This document shows positions 63,236 to 64,000 of a stretch of 64,000 nt of DNA, piece after piece; the first letter of the stretch is position 1; each line of letters starts with the position of its first letter. The notes under the pieces are model-generated. The model made no database searches, had not been told where the DNA came from, and saw only the letters and a program-made list of their open reading frames with translations. Origin of the DNA: Chiloscyllium plagiosum (taxonomy: Eukaryota); contig NC_057711.1 in NCBI RefSeq assembly GCF_004010195.1, forward strand, positions 79,088,500 to 79,152,499, in the 5' to 3' direction. The position numbers and the translations under genes are program-made.

Positions 63236-64000
63236 AACTAAGTCAGCTGTGCCATCCCTTTTCATCTCCCAGGATACCTATCTATCTTTCATTCCAAGAG
63301 GAAAGCAGCTCACAATAAGTCAGAAAATCTCAAGATGATTGGTGGACTGATCAGTAATTGGCTCCTAAATCCTTATGTAGAAAGTATTTTGGCTCTGACT
63401 ATTTTGAATGGCTGATTAACCATGTGCAAGCACTAGGACTGTTATGAGAGGTAGCACCTTAATGAAGGCTATCCCTTTTGCCCTGACTGAGGTTTGCTGA
63501 CAATGTGTCAAGCTTCCTTCCTTTTCTCTGCACTAAATGGCACAAGGCCGAAGTAAGCAAAATTCCCAGAGATGCAGTCTTGTGCAATTGCCAATGTCTT
63601 CATTGCTCAGACCTCTGTACGATTCCATGCAAAGTCTCTGTTGCCTGTTCTACCCACTGTTCTGGTTTATCTGATGTGTCTTTTGTGGCTTTGTACCTTA
63701 AGAAAGACACTGCATGTCTCCTGTGCCAAGTTTTGTCTTGTCCTATTAAGAATGATTGGGTTTGCTTCTGGACATCTGCTTCTCTTACCCTTTGGCTGGG
63801 CTTCTCAAGAGCTGATCTTCTTTGGACGGTAATAAATCAGACCAAGGCTCATCAATTATGACTACAATACTTTGGTCTCAAAAGTTCTAACTTTGTCACC
63901 ATATTCACGTCTCTCCACTAGCTAGTGGAGGTCACTAATGAAATCATTTGTATGTTCATTGGATAATGCATTCCTCTTGAATCTTAACCTCTGAAAAAGT

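Overview
Eukaryotic, AT-rich, repeat-dense DNA from a shark. HE1/V-SINEs, HER1-type CR1 LINEs and a Deu-domain SINE point to an elasmobranch, probably a carpet/bamboo shark (inference). No intact protein-coding gene, rRNA, tRNA or CRISPR array is recognisable, so the window looks intronic or intergenic. Most ORF-track entries with recognisable motifs are decayed transposon fragments: CR1 RT/APE, Ty3/Gypsy gag-pol, Harbinger transposase and Myb partner, and Penelope-like RT/GIY-YIG. The main signal is a dense set of Penelope-like element (PLE) insertions from at least four sequence families. Their pseudo-LTRs carry minimal type I hammerhead ribozyme motifs (CUGANGA-stem II-GAAA-NUH). Many are 100-200 bp, TSD-flanked, solo or fold-back mini-insertions with 5' breakpoints at the ribozyme and one arm stopping about 30-40 nt short of the 3' end. 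Other signals are an 80-bp near-perfect inverted templated insertion in a Gypsy gag relic, a candidate 18-nt neural-type microexon, a solo LTR inside a CR1, and a TA-flanked MITE. All calls are by eye with no database search. TSD-bounded coordinates were counted; other boundaries are approximate.
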